From a bacterium (GTDB lineage Bacteria > Desulfobacterota > Binatia > UBA12015): a stretch of 64,000 bases of DNA. The notes below the pieces were generated by a model. The model was not told the origin of the DNA. It saw only the letters and a program-made list of their open reading frames with translations, and did not search any database. Below are positions 1 through 9,904 of this stretch, piece by piece (position 1 is the first letter of the stretch; every line of letters starts with the position of its first letter). The stretch lies in assembly GCA_030430245.1 (NCBI GenBank), contig JAUIFY010000001.1:12878-76877 (forward strand). Reading direction: 5' to 3'. A program made the position numbers and the translations under genes.

Positions 1-1491
1 CGTTCCGATGTTCTCGTAGTGGAGCGTGTACGTGATCCGTTGACCGGCGCTCGTGATGCCGTGTCCGAACACGTTCACGGGGGGATCGGCCTCCTTGTAG
101 TTCGGGTCGACCGGCATGCCCATCCACGTGAGCGCGCCCGTCTGCTCCTGGCTCACCTGGCACTCGGGCGGAAGGCTGCTCAGCTGAGCGAAGGCATCCT
201 GGACGCAATCGGTCGCCGTCTGCAGCCACTCCGCCGTGTTGGACGGGGGCGGGTCGCAGCAGACCTGGTCCATGCTGAGGCTCACTCCGCCGCAGGCGGT
301 CGGGAACGAGCAGGGCCGCGACTCGGAGTCGGGAAGCTCGTCGGGGGCACCCTCGCGCGTGATGAGGTTGCCGCACGAATCGAGAACGCCCACGCCCGGT
401 AGATGTACGAGCCCGCCCCAGCAGATCGGACTCGGGGGCGCCGGGGGGGTGGGCGGGCGACACCGTGGATGGGAGCCGCACTCGGAGTCGCTGCAGTCCG
501 GTCGCCCGTCGCAATCGTCGTCGTAGGCGTTCGTGCAGATCTCGCCAAGGCCCGCACGCGACGCGCTGTCGAAGCGGACGCTCGACGTCGCGACGTTGTT
601 CGCGCCGTCGAAATCGAGTGCCGTCCCCGTCGCGACCGCGACGTTCGTGAGAACGGAGTTGCAGTAGGTGCCGTCACCGAACGGAGGCGGCAGGATCTCG
701 ACGGTCGGCGTGTGGCTGCCGCCCAGGGGCAGGTCCGCGAGGGCCATTCCGACGACGGGATGAGCCGGGCCCGCGTTCAACACCGTGGTCGCGACGCTCG
801 ACGAAGCGAGCGCCGAGAGCTGCGGCAGGAAGTCGACCACCTGAACGCCGGTCGCGGTGTCGGGGCCGAGGTTGGAGACGCCGAGGTCGAAGCGGGTGGT
901 CGCGAGGTCGGTGTACGGGTCGAGGGCGTTCTTGACCGAGGCCAAGTCGGCCTCGTCGGTCGGGGGCGGCGTGATGGAGGCGACGAAGTGCATGTCGCTC
1001 CACCAGGCAGCGAAGCACTGGCCGTTCAGGACGGCCGAGTCGATCGCGCCGATGTTCGCGGCGCCCAGCAGCGGACTGAAGCCGCCGAACGGGAACTGGA
1101 AGCTCTCGGTGTTCGCGCTTCCGTTGAACTCGGCCTGACCGGCGCACTCGGCCCCGAGGTAGCCGAAGCCCACCGCACCGACGGGTGGGCTGAAGTCGAT
1201 CGTCACACCGTCGGGCCAGAAGCTCGCGAGGCGGGGAGCGCCGTCGGTCAACCCTCCCGCGGCGGTCGTCGTGAACGTGATGGTCACGCCGTTGCGCACG
1301 ATCGTGTGGGTCATCTGTCCCGGGACCACCCCGAAGCTCGCGTCGAACGGCACGACCGTCGCGCCGGCGAGCTCGGGAGCCGTGGGACTGAACAGGAGCG
1401 TCGCCTCGGCCGGGAGCGGGCTCCCGGCCGTGACCATGAGGATGCAGAGTGCGCTCCAGCCCAAGAGAATGCTTCTGCCACTCGTCTTCAT
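1..1491 (-). CDS. Large secreted protein with DUF11-like Ig domain, Cys/Asp-rich metal-binding-type repeat and DUF7619-like domain (3' end runs off the window)
   Basis: Not in the ORF track because it has no stop in the window. ATG at 1491 with GGAGG RBS. Reads [30 protein letters not shown] (signal peptide), ADLASVK...[21 protein letters not shown] (DUF11-like), [30 protein letters not shown]...[15 protein letters not shown]. Confidence 0.8.
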   Translation of the reverse strand, partial: MKTSGRSILLGWSALCILMVTAGSPLPAEATLLFSPTAPELAGATVVPFDASFGVVPGQMTHTIVRNGVTITFTTTAAGGLTDGAPRLASFWPDGVTIDFSPPVGAVGFGYLGAECAGQAEFNGSANTESFQFPFGGFSPLLGAANIGAIDSAVLNGQCFAAWWSDMHFVASITPPPTDEADLASVKNALDPYTDLATTRFDLGVSNLGPDTATGVQVVDFLPQLSALASSSVATTVLNAGPAHPVVGMALADLPLGGSHTPTVEILPPPFGDGTYCNSVLTNVAVATGTALDFDGANNVATSSVRFDSASRAGLGEICTNAYDDDCDGRPDCSDSECGSHPRCRPPTPPAPPSPICWGGLVHLPGVGVLDSCGNLITREGAPDELPDSESRPCSFPTACGGVSLSMDQVCCDPPPSNTAEWLQTATDCVQDAFAQLSSLPPECQVSQEQTGALTWMGMPVDPNYKEADPPVNVFGHGITSAGQRITYTLHYENIGT

Positions 1492-1567
1492 CGTCGTTCC
1501 TCCGCTGTCGTCCCGCGGTTCCCGCGGGTGCTGCGACGACGTTCGGGCAGGTCGCCGCGCGGGACCA

Positions 1568-1649
1568 TCCTCGGAAATGGGGAGGGGGCGACGAGGGCCC
1601 GCCAGGCCTGCGCTCGCCGCGGAGGCCTCCCCAGAATTGGGGAGGCCTC
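1568..1649. promoter_or_regulatory. Two related palindromic operator-like sites between divergent genes
   Basis: Perfect inverted repeat GAGGCCTCCCCA-gaat-TGGGGAGGCCTC at 1622-1649; degenerate copy TCCTCggaaatGGGGA at 1568-1583, 60 bp from the core of the first. Confidence 0.5.
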
Positions 1650-1783
1650 TCTCGGGTCGGCGGGGTCGCGGCGGGAGGGGCGGCACTGGAAGTGGAGCCG
1701 ACTCTCGGCGTATGGGCAGGGCGAGATCGCGGACGCCGTCCGCGACCGATCGTTTCTACGAGGAACGCAGAGGAGAAGATCGC

Positions 1784-2185
1784 ATGAGCATGGTCCAGGA
1801 GTTCAAAGAGTTCGCGATGCGCGGCAACGTCATCGACATGGCCGTCGGTGTCATCGTGGGCGGAGCGTTCGGGAAGATCACGACGTCGCTGGTGAACGAC
1901 GTGGTCATGCCGCCGATCGGTTACGTGTTGGGCAACGTCGATTTCAGCGACCTCGCGGTCGTGCTCGTGCCGAAGGCGGAGGGGGTCGACGAAGTCGCGA
2001 TCAACTACGGTCTCTTCCTGAACAACGTCATCAACTTCCTCATCATCGCCTTCAGCATCTTCGTCGTCGTGAAGGGCATCAACTCCCTGAAGCGCAAGGA
2101 GGAGGCGAAGCCGGAGGAGCCGCCCGCGCCATCGAAGGAGGAGGTGCTCCTGACCGAGATCCGGGACGCGCTCCAGAGCCGCTGA
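1784..2185 (+). CDS. mscL: Large-conductance mechanosensitive channel MscL
   Basis: [32 protein letters not shown]...[18 protein letters not shown]...[19 protein letters not shown]. Confidence 0.97.
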   Translation: MSMVQEFKEFAMRGNVIDMAVGVIVGGAFGKITTSLVNDVVMPPIGYVLGNVDFSDLAVVLVPKAEGVDEVAINYGLFLNNVINFLIIAFSIFVVVKGINSLKRKEEAKPEEPPAPSKEEVLLTEIRDALQSR

Positions 2186-2216
2186 TCGGACCCTTACGAT
2201 ACGTCAGTGGCCGACT

Positions 2217-2237
2217 TTAGTATCTCTTGAATACTAA
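2217..2237. promoter_or_regulatory. Putative HxlR-family autoregulatory operator
   Basis: TTAGTAT-N7-ATACTAA perfect inverted repeat in an AT-rich patch just upstream of the HxlR gene; overlaps a TTGAAT -35-like hexamer. Confidence 0.6.
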
Positions 2238-2256
2238 CATCGTTGTCATGTAGATA

Positions 2257-3015
2257 GTGAGGGTGCCGTCGGGCTCCCCTCAGGCCGCAAAGGCCGTCGG
2301 AGTTCCGCGGCCGGGTCAGATCTTCGATCCGGTCGCGCGAGCTCTCGACGTGATCGGCGATCGCTGGACCCTCGTTCTCGTGCGCCAGCTGATCGGAGGC
2401 GCGAAGGGGTTCACCGAGCTCCGGCAACGCACGGGAATCGCCCCCCGGGTGCTCTCGGGGCGCCTGCGCCAGTTGACGACCGACGGGTTCGTCGAGCAGG
2501 TCGAGAACGGCGCGCGCTCCGTCTACGCGGTGACGGAGCGCGGGCGCTCGCTCGAGCCCCTGATCTCCTCTCTCGCTCGCTGGTGGATTCACCACGGAAT
2601 CCAGGAGCTGGCGATCGACGTCGACCGTTTCAATGCGACGTCTCCGCAATCGATTCTGGAATCCCTCCCGTTCCTCCTCCGCGAGGAGCGCGCGATGGGT
2701 GAGAACGTCGTCTTCGAGATTCGCCTTCAGGGTGAAGGAGGCGGCGTGTGGTCCGTGGCGATTCGCGACGGACGCTGTGAGGTCGCGCGCGGTTTCGCCG
2801 AGCGCGCGGACGTTCGGTACACCGCCGATGCGAGCGCATGGTGCGGTGTTGCGCTGGGCCTGCTCGACGCACGCGACGTGGTCAAGAAGGGCCTCATGAC
2901 GAAGGACGGGGGCTCTCAGGCCCTCGACCACTACTTCCACCAGCCCACGGCTCTCAGCGGCGGTGGCGCGGGGCGTGAAAAGAAGGCGCGCTCCGAAAGG
3001 AGGAAAGCACCATGA
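2257..3015 (+). CDS. HxlR/MarR-type winged-helix regulator fused to a C-terminal SCP2 sterol-carrier-like domain
   Basis: DPVARALDVIGDRWTLVLVRQL...FTELRQRT.GIAPRVLSGRLRQL (HxlR); C-terminal FEIRLQGEGGGVWSVAIRDGRCEV...ADV (SCP2-like). Start codon uncertain. Confidence 0.85.
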   Translation: MRVPSGSPQAAKAVGVPRPGQIFDPVARALDVIGDRWTLVLVRQLIGGAKGFTELRQRTGIAPRVLSGRLRQLTTDGFVEQVENGARSVYAVTERGRSLEPLISSLARWWIHHGIQELAIDVDRFNATSPQSILESLPFLLREERAMGENVVFEIRLQGEGGGVWSVAIRDGRCEVARGFAERADVRYTADASAWCGVALGLLDARDVVKKGLMTKDGGSQALDHYFHQPTALSGGGAGREKKARSERRKAP

Positions 3016-4109
3016 TCTCGTTCGGGTTGACCGAAGAGCAAGATGCGATTCGCGGAGCGATTCGCGAGTTCGCGCAAGGAGTGGTTCGACCCCTCGCGCG
3101 CGATTGTGACGAGCAGTCGAAGCTTCCCGACGACTTCCTGCAACAGGTGTGGGAGCTCGGTCTCACGACGACGCAGGTGCCGGAAGCGTTCGGCGGCATG
3201 GGCGCGGATCGGTCGCAGACGACGACGGCGATCGCGCTCGAGGAGCTCGCGTACGGCGATGCCGGGCTCGCGGTGGCCGCTCTCGCTCCGTCGGGGTTCG
3301 TGAACGCGCTCCTGGATCACGGCACCGAGGAGCAGAAGCAGCGCCTGCTTCCCGGGCTCTGCGGCACCGAGTTCGCGTGTGGCACGTTGGCCGTCGTCGA
3401 GCCCGGCGCCATGGCCGACGCGTCGAGGCCGAAGACGACGGCGACGGCGAAGAGCGGGGGCTACGTCCTGAAGGGGACGAAGCGCTTCGTCCCGTTCGGG
3501 GATCGCGCGACGCACTTCCTGGTGGTTGCGGCGCTCGACAGCGAGATCGCCGCCTTCATCGTCGCCCGCGACGCGGCCGGACTGACGATCGGCGCCGAGG
3601 CCGAGAAGAATCTCGGCCTGCGGGCCGTGCCCGTGCACACGCTCGAGCTCGACGGCGTCGAGGTGTCCGACGGCGATCGTCTGGGTGGCTCGGCCGGGGG
3701 CAACGTCCGCGCTCTGCTCGACACCAGCCGCGCCGCACTCGCCTCGTGTCTGGTGGGCGTCGCGCGGGCGGCGGTGGAGTACTGTGTCCCGTACGCGAAA
3801 GAGCGCGTGGCGTTCGGCGAGGAGATCGCGAAGAAGCAGGCGATCGCCTTCATGCTCGCCGAGTCGCACACCGAGGTCGAGGCGATGCGCTGGCTCGTAT
3901 GGCAGGCCGCCTCGAAGCTGGAGAAGGGGCTGGACGCGACGAAGGCCAGCTACCAGGCGTGGAGCTATGCCGGCGAGAAGGGCCTCTGGGTCGCCGACAA
4001 CGGCATTCAGGTGCTGGGTGGTCACGGCTTCACCCGTGAGCACCCGGTCGAGCTGTGGTTCCGCAGTGCGCGCACGCTCGGCGTGCTCGAAGGCACCGTG
4101 TCCATCTAA
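3012..4109 (+). CDS. Acyl-CoA dehydrogenase (FadE24-like)
   Basis: ACAD motifs: YAKERVAFG, QAIAFMLA, GIQVLGGHGFTREHPVELWFR; ATGA overlap with regulator. Confidence 0.92.
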   Translation: MISFGLTEEQDAIRGAIREFAQGVVRPLARDCDEQSKLPDDFLQQVWELGLTTTQVPEAFGGMGADRSQTTTAIALEELAYGDAGLAVAALAPSGFVNALLDHGTEEQKQRLLPGLCGTEFACGTLAVVEPGAMADASRPKTTATAKSGGYVLKGTKRFVPFGDRATHFLVVAALDSEIAAFIVARDAAGLTIGAEAEKNLGLRAVPVHTLELDGVEVSDGDRLGGSAGGNVRALLDTSRAALASCLVGVARAAVEYCVPYAKERVAFGEEIAKKQAIAFMLAESHTEVEAMRWLVWQAASKLEKGLDATKASYQAWSYAGEKGLWVADNGIQVLGGHGFTREHPVELWFRSARTLGVLEGTVSI

Positions 4110-4122
4110 GGGAGACCATCTG

Positions 4123-5307
4123 ATGATCAGTTTCGAATTGAGCGAGTACGACCGCGCGAAGCTCGACGCCATCAAGGAAGAGGGGCTCATCTGCCGCAAG
4201 TACGCGCGGTACTACGACGAGCACGAGGAGACCGAGATTCCGCCGGACGAGCTGCCGGAGGCGAAGGACTTCGCGCCGACGCCGAATCTGGCCTCGAGGC
4301 AGAGCGAGGAGGACTCGGGCCCGTCGGTGATGGCGATGCTCTACACCGTCTACCGGTGCTGGGGCGACTACGCCGTGAAGCTGCGTCAGCCGAAGGCGGG
4401 CGGACTGGGCAACGCCGCGCTGATGGCGGCAGGCACCGACGAGCAGAAGCAGCGATGGATCAACAACTTTCTCGCGATGGCGATCACCGAGCCGGGCTGC
4501 GGCTCCGATCCGTCGCGCGTCACGGCCTCGGCGGTTCTCGACGAAGAGACGAACGAGTGGATCCTGAACGGAGAGAAGATCTTCGTGACGGGAGGTGTTC
4601 GCGCCGACGGCGTCGTGATGTGGGCGACGGTCGACAAGTCGGCGGGCCGCGCCGGAATCAAGTCGTTCCTGGTGATGAAGGGGACGCCCGGCTTCGAGGT
4701 GGCGAAGAAGGAGAAGAAGCTCGGCATCCGCGGTGAGGATACCGCGACGTACGTCTTCTCCGACTGCCGGATTCCGCGTGACCAGCTCCTCGGGGGCAAC
4801 GAAGAGGTTCAGAAGAAGGGCTCGGGCGGCTTCCGGGGCGTGATGAAGACCTTCAACATGACGCGCCCCGCAGTGGCGGCGTTCGGAATCGGCATCTCCG
4901 AGGCGGCGCTGGACTTCACGCGCGAAGAGCTCGAGAAGGCCGGGGTGGATCTGGACTATGGCGCGGGGATGGGCAATCGGTCCGCCGTCGCCGAGAAGTT
5001 CATGAAGCTCGAGGCGCTGCACGAGGCGAGCAAGCTCACGGTTCTCCGTGCCGCCTGGCTCGCGGACCAGGGCCAGCCGAACAACATGGAGTCCTCCGTG
5101 TGCAAGGCGCACGCGGGGTCGGCCGTGCGGGAGATCACGCAGGGGTGCATCGACATCCTGGGGCCGCTCGGCGTGTCGCGCGACAACCTCGTCGAGAAAT
5201 GGATGCGCGATTGCCGCATCATCGACATCTACGAGGGGACGGGGCAGATTCAGCGACTCATCATCGCGCGCGGTCTGTTCGACTACACCCGCGACGACCT
5301 GAACTGA
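4123..5307 (+). CDS. Acyl-CoA dehydrogenase (FadE23-like)
   Basis: MAITEPGCGSD, WILNGEKIFVT, KLGIRG, IIDIYEGTGQIQRLII; RBS AAGGGAG. Confidence 0.93.
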   Translation: MISFELSEYDRAKLDAIKEEGLICRKYARYYDEHEETEIPPDELPEAKDFAPTPNLASRQSEEDSGPSVMAMLYTVYRCWGDYAVKLRQPKAGGLGNAALMAAGTDEQKQRWINNFLAMAITEPGCGSDPSRVTASAVLDEETNEWILNGEKIFVTGGVRADGVVMWATVDKSAGRAGIKSFLVMKGTPGFEVAKKEKKLGIRGEDTATYVFSDCRIPRDQLLGGNEEVQKKGSGGFRGVMKTFNMTRPAVAAFGIGISEAALDFTREELEKAGVDLDYGAGMGNRSAVAEKFMKLEALHEASKLTVLRAAWLADQGQPNNMESSVCKAHAGSAVREITQGCIDILGPLGVSRDNLVEKWMRDCRIIDIYEGTGQIQRLIIARGLFDYTRDDLN

Positions 5308-5333
5308 CCGACGGTATCCGTTCGTTCGGTTCT

Positions 5334-5367
5334 CGCGGCCGTCGCTCCGTGCGGGGCGGCGGCCGCG
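5334..5367 (+). terminator. GC-rich hairpin after the ACAD operon, possible terminator
   Basis: CGCGGCCGTCGCTCCG / CGGGGCGGCGGCCGCG stem of about 15 bp with two G:U pairs, followed by TTGCGTT (weak U tract). Confidence 0.4.
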
Positions 5368-5501
5368 TTGCGTTCGGGCGGGGATTCTTCGCGGCCCGCA
5401 GCCCCGCGTCGCGTCGTCGGTACCTCGCGGGCGGCTCTTTCGCCCGTCGGGGTGCCTGGTAACCTCTGCCGAGGTCACGCACTGGGGTTCGCCGCGGCAC
5501 G

Positions 5502-6902
5502 ATGCTCTTCAACTCCCTTCAGTTCGTCGGGTTTCTGCTCGTCGTCCTCACGGTTCACTTCTGGGTCATCCCGGCGTCGCAGGAGCGGGCGCGGCGGCTC
5601 TTTCTCCTGCTCGCGAGCTACGTCTTCTACGGCTCGTGGAATCCGCCGTTCGTCCTCCTCCTCCTCTACTCGACGGTTCTCGACTACGCCGTCGCCCTCC
5701 GGATGGCGCGCACCGAGTCGAGGGCGGGGCGCCGTGGTCTCCTGGGGCTCAGCTTGCTGGGCAACCTCGGCGTTCTCGCCTTCTTCAAGTACGGCAACTT
5801 CCTCGCGGAGACCTACCTGACGCTCGTCTCGCTCGGCCCGGCCCAGCAGAGTGGGCCGGTCGTGGACGTCATCCTCCCCGTCGGGATCTCGTTCTACACG
5901 TTCCAGAGCCTCAGCTACTCGATGGACGTTTACCGGGGGCGCCTCGAGCCGGCGAAGAGCTTCTGGGACCTGGCGCTCTACGTTTCGTTCTTCCCGCAGC
6001 TGGTGGCCGGGCCGATCGTGCGTGCGCGGGAGTTCCTTCCCCAGCTCGAACGCGAGCGCGTCGTTCGGGGCGCGGACGTCGAGTCGAGCCTGGCTCGCAT
6101 CGCGGGCGGGTTGATCAAGAAGGTCGTGTTCGCCGACACCCTCGCGCTCTACGTGGACCAGGTGTGGGCGGACCCGAGCGCGCACGGCGGGCCGGGTTTG
6201 CTTCTCGCGGCGTATGCGTTCGCCTATCAGATCTACTTCGACTTCTCGGGGTACTCGGACATGGCGATCGGGCTCGCACGGCTGTTCGGATTCGAGCTGC
6301 CGGAGAACTTCCTGCGGCCGTACCTCTCGTCGAGTCCGCGGGAGTTCTGGCGCCGCTGGCACGTGACCCTGTCTTCGTGGCTGCGCGACTATCTCTACAT
6401 CTCGCTCGGCGGAAATCGCGGCTCGGAGGCGAGGACGCGGCTGAACCTCCTGATCACCATGTTGCTGGGCGGCCTCTGGCACGGGGCGGGCTGGGCGTTC
6501 GTCGTCTGGGGCGGGTTCCACGGGGGCTTGCTCGTCGCGCAGCGTTGGGCGACCCCGCGCTTTCCGGCGCTCGGCGCGCTGCCGGGTTGGGTTCGAGTCG
6601 GCATCACGTTCCATCTCGTGGTCGTCGGCTGGATTTTCTTCCGGTCGCCGGATCTCTCGACGGCCGGGCAGTTCTTCGCCGGGCTGGTCCGGCCGGGCTT
6701 CGAGCCGAATCCGGACGTGATTCGGGCTCTCGCGGTGCTCTCCGTGGCCGCCCTCGCGCACGTGGTCGGAGTGCCCCAACAATGGCAGCGCGGCCTGGCC
6801 CGTCGGGGTCCGTGGGTCCAGGGCGTCGCGTACGCGTGCGTGGCGGTCCTGGTCTACTTGTTCTCGCCGGCGACGAACCAGTTCATCTACTTCCAGTTCT
6901 GA
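5502..6902 (+). CDS. MBOAT-family O-acyltransferase (AlgI/DltB-like)
   Basis: MLFNS start, LPVGISFYTFQSLSY, FFPQLVAGPI, YFDFSGYSDMAIG, EFWRRWHVTLSSWLRDYLYI, GLWHG, FIYFQF C-terminus. Confidence 0.95.
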   Translation: MLFNSLQFVGFLLVVLTVHFWVIPASQERARRLFLLLASYVFYGSWNPPFVLLLLYSTVLDYAVALRMARTESRAGRRGLLGLSLLGNLGVLAFFKYGNFLAETYLTLVSLGPAQQSGPVVDVILPVGISFYTFQSLSYSMDVYRGRLEPAKSFWDLALYVSFFPQLVAGPIVRAREFLPQLERERVVRGADVESSLARIAGGLIKKVVFADTLALYVDQVWADPSAHGGPGLLLAAYAFAYQIYFDFSGYSDMAIGLARLFGFELPENFLRPYLSSSPREFWRRWHVTLSSWLRDYLYISLGGNRGSEARTRLNLLITMLLGGLWHGAGWAFVVWGGFHGGLLVAQRWATPRFPALGALPGWVRVGITFHLVVVGWIFFRSPDLSTAGQFFAGLVRPGFEPNPDVIRALAVLSVAALAHVVGVPQQWQRGLARRGPWVQGVAYACVAVLVYLFSPATNQFIYFQF

Positions 6903-6914
6903 GAAGATCCTCTC

Positions 6915-7946
6915 GTGAGTCGACTCGTCACCATCGCCCTCGTTTTCGGCGCGTGTCTCGCGGCGTTCGTCGCCGTGGTTCTGTTGCGGGCCGGAGGCGA
7001 GGTCATGGAGGCGGGTGTTTTCCTGCGGCCGACGCGTGTCGAGCTCGGTGTCACCATGGAGCAGCTCGAGGAGAAGGACGCGCGGGTCGTCTGGCTCGGG
7101 GACTCCACGGTGCTCGATTCGATCGACATCCCATCCTACGCCGACATCGTCGCGGAGCGGATCGCGAAGTCGGGAGACGAGATGCCGCCCCACGGCGTGG
7201 TCGCGATGGTGGGCCTGGATTTCTACCACTACTACTGCATGCTGGGGCGAATCCTCGAGAGAAACCCCGAGGTGGTGGTGCTCGTGGCCCATCTGCGGAT
7301 GTTCGTCGATGGAGCACGCGCGTTCATGGATCTCTGCAGCTCCCTTCCACCGAGCGAGCTTCCCCGGGCGATGCTCCTTCCGTTTCGGGAGCGCGACGTC
7401 GGGCCTCTCGATCTGCTCGGATACCAGCTGCTGCGGCTGCCGGGCGCGGAGACGAGCTTCCTGGCGTACGAAGGGGCGCAGCGACTCTTCCAGGACAGGG
7501 ACCCGACGGGGCTGCTCGCCAAGACGCCGACCTACTTCGAGCGTCTCGGCATGGGCGGCCGGAAGCCGGCGTTGGAGTACCTGCGTTCGTACGCGCTCGA
7601 CCTGGATCGCGAGGATCCCGTGGTTCGAATGATGGGGGCCACCGTCGACATGGCGCGGCGTCACGGGGCCGAGGTGCTCGTCGTCGCGAGCCCGATTCCC
7701 TACGAGAAGCTGGAGGCGCGCGACTGGTATCGGCCGCAGACGATCGACGTCCTTCGCCGCGTCGTCGAGGAGAACGGAGGACACTTCTTCGACGGTCATC
7801 GGGTCCTCCAGAAGCGGCACTACCGCGACGAGTCGGGACACTACACGACCGAGGGCGCGGAGATCCTGGCGGAGGCTCTCGAGCCGACGCTGCGAGAGGT
7901 CCTGGAGGATGGTGCTTCGGCCGGACGTGCTACGGGGGCACCATGA
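6915..7946 (+). CDS. Membrane-anchored SGNH-like protein, likely MBOAT partner (AlgJ/DltD-like)
   Basis: N-terminal TM helix, WLGDS block I, DESGHY (DxxH-like) block V; directly downstream of the MBOAT gene. Confidence 0.7.
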   Translation: MSRLVTIALVFGACLAAFVAVVLLRAGGEVMEAGVFLRPTRVELGVTMEQLEEKDARVVWLGDSTVLDSIDIPSYADIVAERIAKSGDEMPPHGVVAMVGLDFYHYYCMLGRILERNPEVVVLVAHLRMFVDGARAFMDLCSSLPPSELPRAMLLPFRERDVGPLDLLGYQLLRLPGAETSFLAYEGAQRLFQDRDPTGLLAKTPTYFERLGMGGRKPALEYLRSYALDLDREDPVVRMMGATVDMARRHGAEVLVVASPIPYEKLEARDWYRPQTIDVLRRVVEENGGHFFDGHRVLQKRHYRDESGHYTTEGAEILAEALEPTLREVLEDGASAGRATGAP

Positions 7947-9874
7947 GCGAGGGAATCCGTCCCCAGGGCGAGCCGTTCGACGACGACGACGAGACCGTCG
8001 CGGAGGCGCTCGAGAGCGCGAACATCCCCGCGCTCCTGATGAGTCTCGTCCATCTCACGGGTGAGACCGAAGTCCTCCGGGGACCGATCCGTCCTACGAA
8101 GGTCGTCGGGCGGATGAGTCCCGGGATGCCGAAGAGCGAGAAGGCGGAAGTGCGAGCGATGCTGCTCGAGGCGCTGCGCGACTATCGGGATCGGGGCTTC
8201 ACCCTCCCGCCGCCTCCTTCGAGTGAAACCATCCACCGCATGATGAGCTTCGCGACGGGGGACGACGTTCCCGCGGAATACGTGCCGATGATGCGCGAGG
8301 AGATGGCGCTCGACGGATGCGACGCGCGGGAGGTGTCGTGGGACGACGTGCCGCCGGAGGCACGCGAGAAGGTTCGTGTGCTGGTGATCGGTGCGGGGAT
8401 GTCGGGACTACTCGCTGCGATCCGACTCGAGGAGCATGGTGTTCCGTACGACGTCGTCGAGAAGAACGACGCGGTCGGAGGGACCTGGCTCGAGAATTCG
8501 TACCCGGGGTGCCGTGTCGACGTCGCGAATCACTTCTACTGCTACTCGTTCGAGCCGAACCCCGATTGGACCGAGTACTTCGCCCGGCAGCCGGAGCTGC
8601 GGGCGTACTTCGAGGGCTGTGCGACGAAGTACGGGGTGAGGCCGCACATTCGATTCCGGACGGAGGTCGTTTCCGCCGCGTGGGACGAGGCGCGGTCCGT
8701 CTGGGACGTGCGCCTGCGGGGTCCCGATGGTCGCGAGGAGGAGCGGGCCTACCACGTGGTCATCAGCGGCGTCGGGCAGCTCAACCGCCCTCGGCTTCCG
8801 GAGATCGAGGGCCGCGAGACCTTCGCCGGTCCGTGGTTCCACTCGGCGCGTTGGGACCATGAGGTGCCCCTCGAGGGAAAGCGCGTCGGCGTGATCGGCA
8901 CGGGGGCGAGCGCGCTCCAGCTCGTCCCGGAAGTGGCGAAGCGCGCCGAGCGGCTCCACGTGTTTCAGCGCTCGGGCGCGTGGATGAGCCCGAATCCGAG
9001 CTACCACCGCAAGGTTCCGGCCGGAAAGCGGTGGCTTCTGCGCCACGTCCCCTACTACGCGCGGTGGTACCGCTTTCTTCTCTTCTGGCCGGCTTCCGAC
9101 GGACTCCTGCCGTCGCTGATCGTCGATCCCGCGTGGCCCCACCAGCATCGCTCCGTGAACGAGCAGAACGACCAGGTGCGCATCGCGTTCACCGAGTACA
9201 TGAAGCACCAGATCGGCGGCGATCCGGAGCTTCTCGCGAAGGTCGTCCCGACCTATCCGCCGTTCGTGAAGCGGATGCTGCAGGACAACGGGAGCTGGCT
9301 GGGAGCACTCACCCAGGATCACGTGGAGCTCGTCACCGACCCCATCGCGCGCATCACGCCTCGAGGGGTCGAGCTCGCCGGGGGGCGTTTGGTGGACCTC
9401 GACGTGATCGTCTTCGCGACCGGCTTCCTCGCGAACAAGTTCCTCTGGCCGATGAAGATCGTCGGCCGCAACGGTGCGACGCTGCGCGAAGTCTGGGGGG
9501 AGGATCCCTTCGCGTACCTGGGCATCACCGTTCCGCGGTTTCCGAACCTCTTCTGCCTCTACGGCCCGGGAACGAACCTGGCGCACGCCGGCAGCATCAT
9601 CTTCCACTCGGAGTGTCAGGTCCGGTACGTCATGGGGTGCCTGCGGGCCCTTCTGCGGGACGGCCACGCCTCGATGGAGTGCCGCGAGGACGTCGCGGCC
9701 GCATACGAGAAGCGACGGCTCGAGGCCACGGAGCGCACGGTGTGGGCGCATCGGGGAACGCGGAGCTGGTACAAGAACGACGCGGGGCGCGTGACCACCG
9801 TCTCGCCCTGGCGACTCGTGGACTACTGGGGCTGGACGCGCGAGCCGGACCTGGGCGACTTCGAGCTGCGGTAG
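7943..9874 (+). CDS. Baeyer-Villiger monooxygenase, 4-hydroxyacetophenone monooxygenase-like
   Basis: GAGMSG, GGTWLENSYPGCRVD, BVMO fingerprint FAGPWFHSARW, GTGASA; HAPMO-like N-terminal extension; ATGA overlap. Confidence 0.92.
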   Translation: MSEGIRPQGEPFDDDDETVAEALESANIPALLMSLVHLTGETEVLRGPIRPTKVVGRMSPGMPKSEKAEVRAMLLEALRDYRDRGFTLPPPPSSETIHRMMSFATGDDVPAEYVPMMREEMALDGCDAREVSWDDVPPEAREKVRVLVIGAGMSGLLAAIRLEEHGVPYDVVEKNDAVGGTWLENSYPGCRVDVANHFYCYSFEPNPDWTEYFARQPELRAYFEGCATKYGVRPHIRFRTEVVSAAWDEARSVWDVRLRGPDGREEERAYHVVISGVGQLNRPRLPEIEGRETFAGPWFHSARWDHEVPLEGKRVGVIGTGASALQLVPEVAKRAERLHVFQRSGAWMSPNPSYHRKVPAGKRWLLRHVPYYARWYRFLLFWPASDGLLPSLIVDPAWPHQHRSVNEQNDQVRIAFTEYMKHQIGGDPELLAKVVPTYPPFVKRMLQDNGSWLGALTQDHVELVTDPIARITPRGVELAGGRLVDLDVIVFATGFLANKFLWPMKIVGRNGATLREVWGEDPFAYLGITVPRFPNLFCLYGPGTNLAHAGSIIFHSECQVRYVMGCLRALLRDGHASMECREDVAAAYEKRRLEATERTVWAHRGTRSWYKNDAGRVTTVSPWRLVDYWGWTREPDLGDFELR

Positions 9875-9904
9875 GGTCTCGCACCGGGTCGACGGCACGA
9901 CGAC

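Noticed and set aside
403..1783. Long plus-strand ORFs (403..2220 and the 5' part of 1271..2185)
   Set aside because: Antisense shadows of the minus-strand secreted protein; the real mscL start is at 1784
5636..7942. Apparent 1412-aa fusion ORF
   Set aside because: The N-terminal part is an Arg/Gly-rich off-frame read of the MBOAT and SGNH genes; the BVMO starts at 7943
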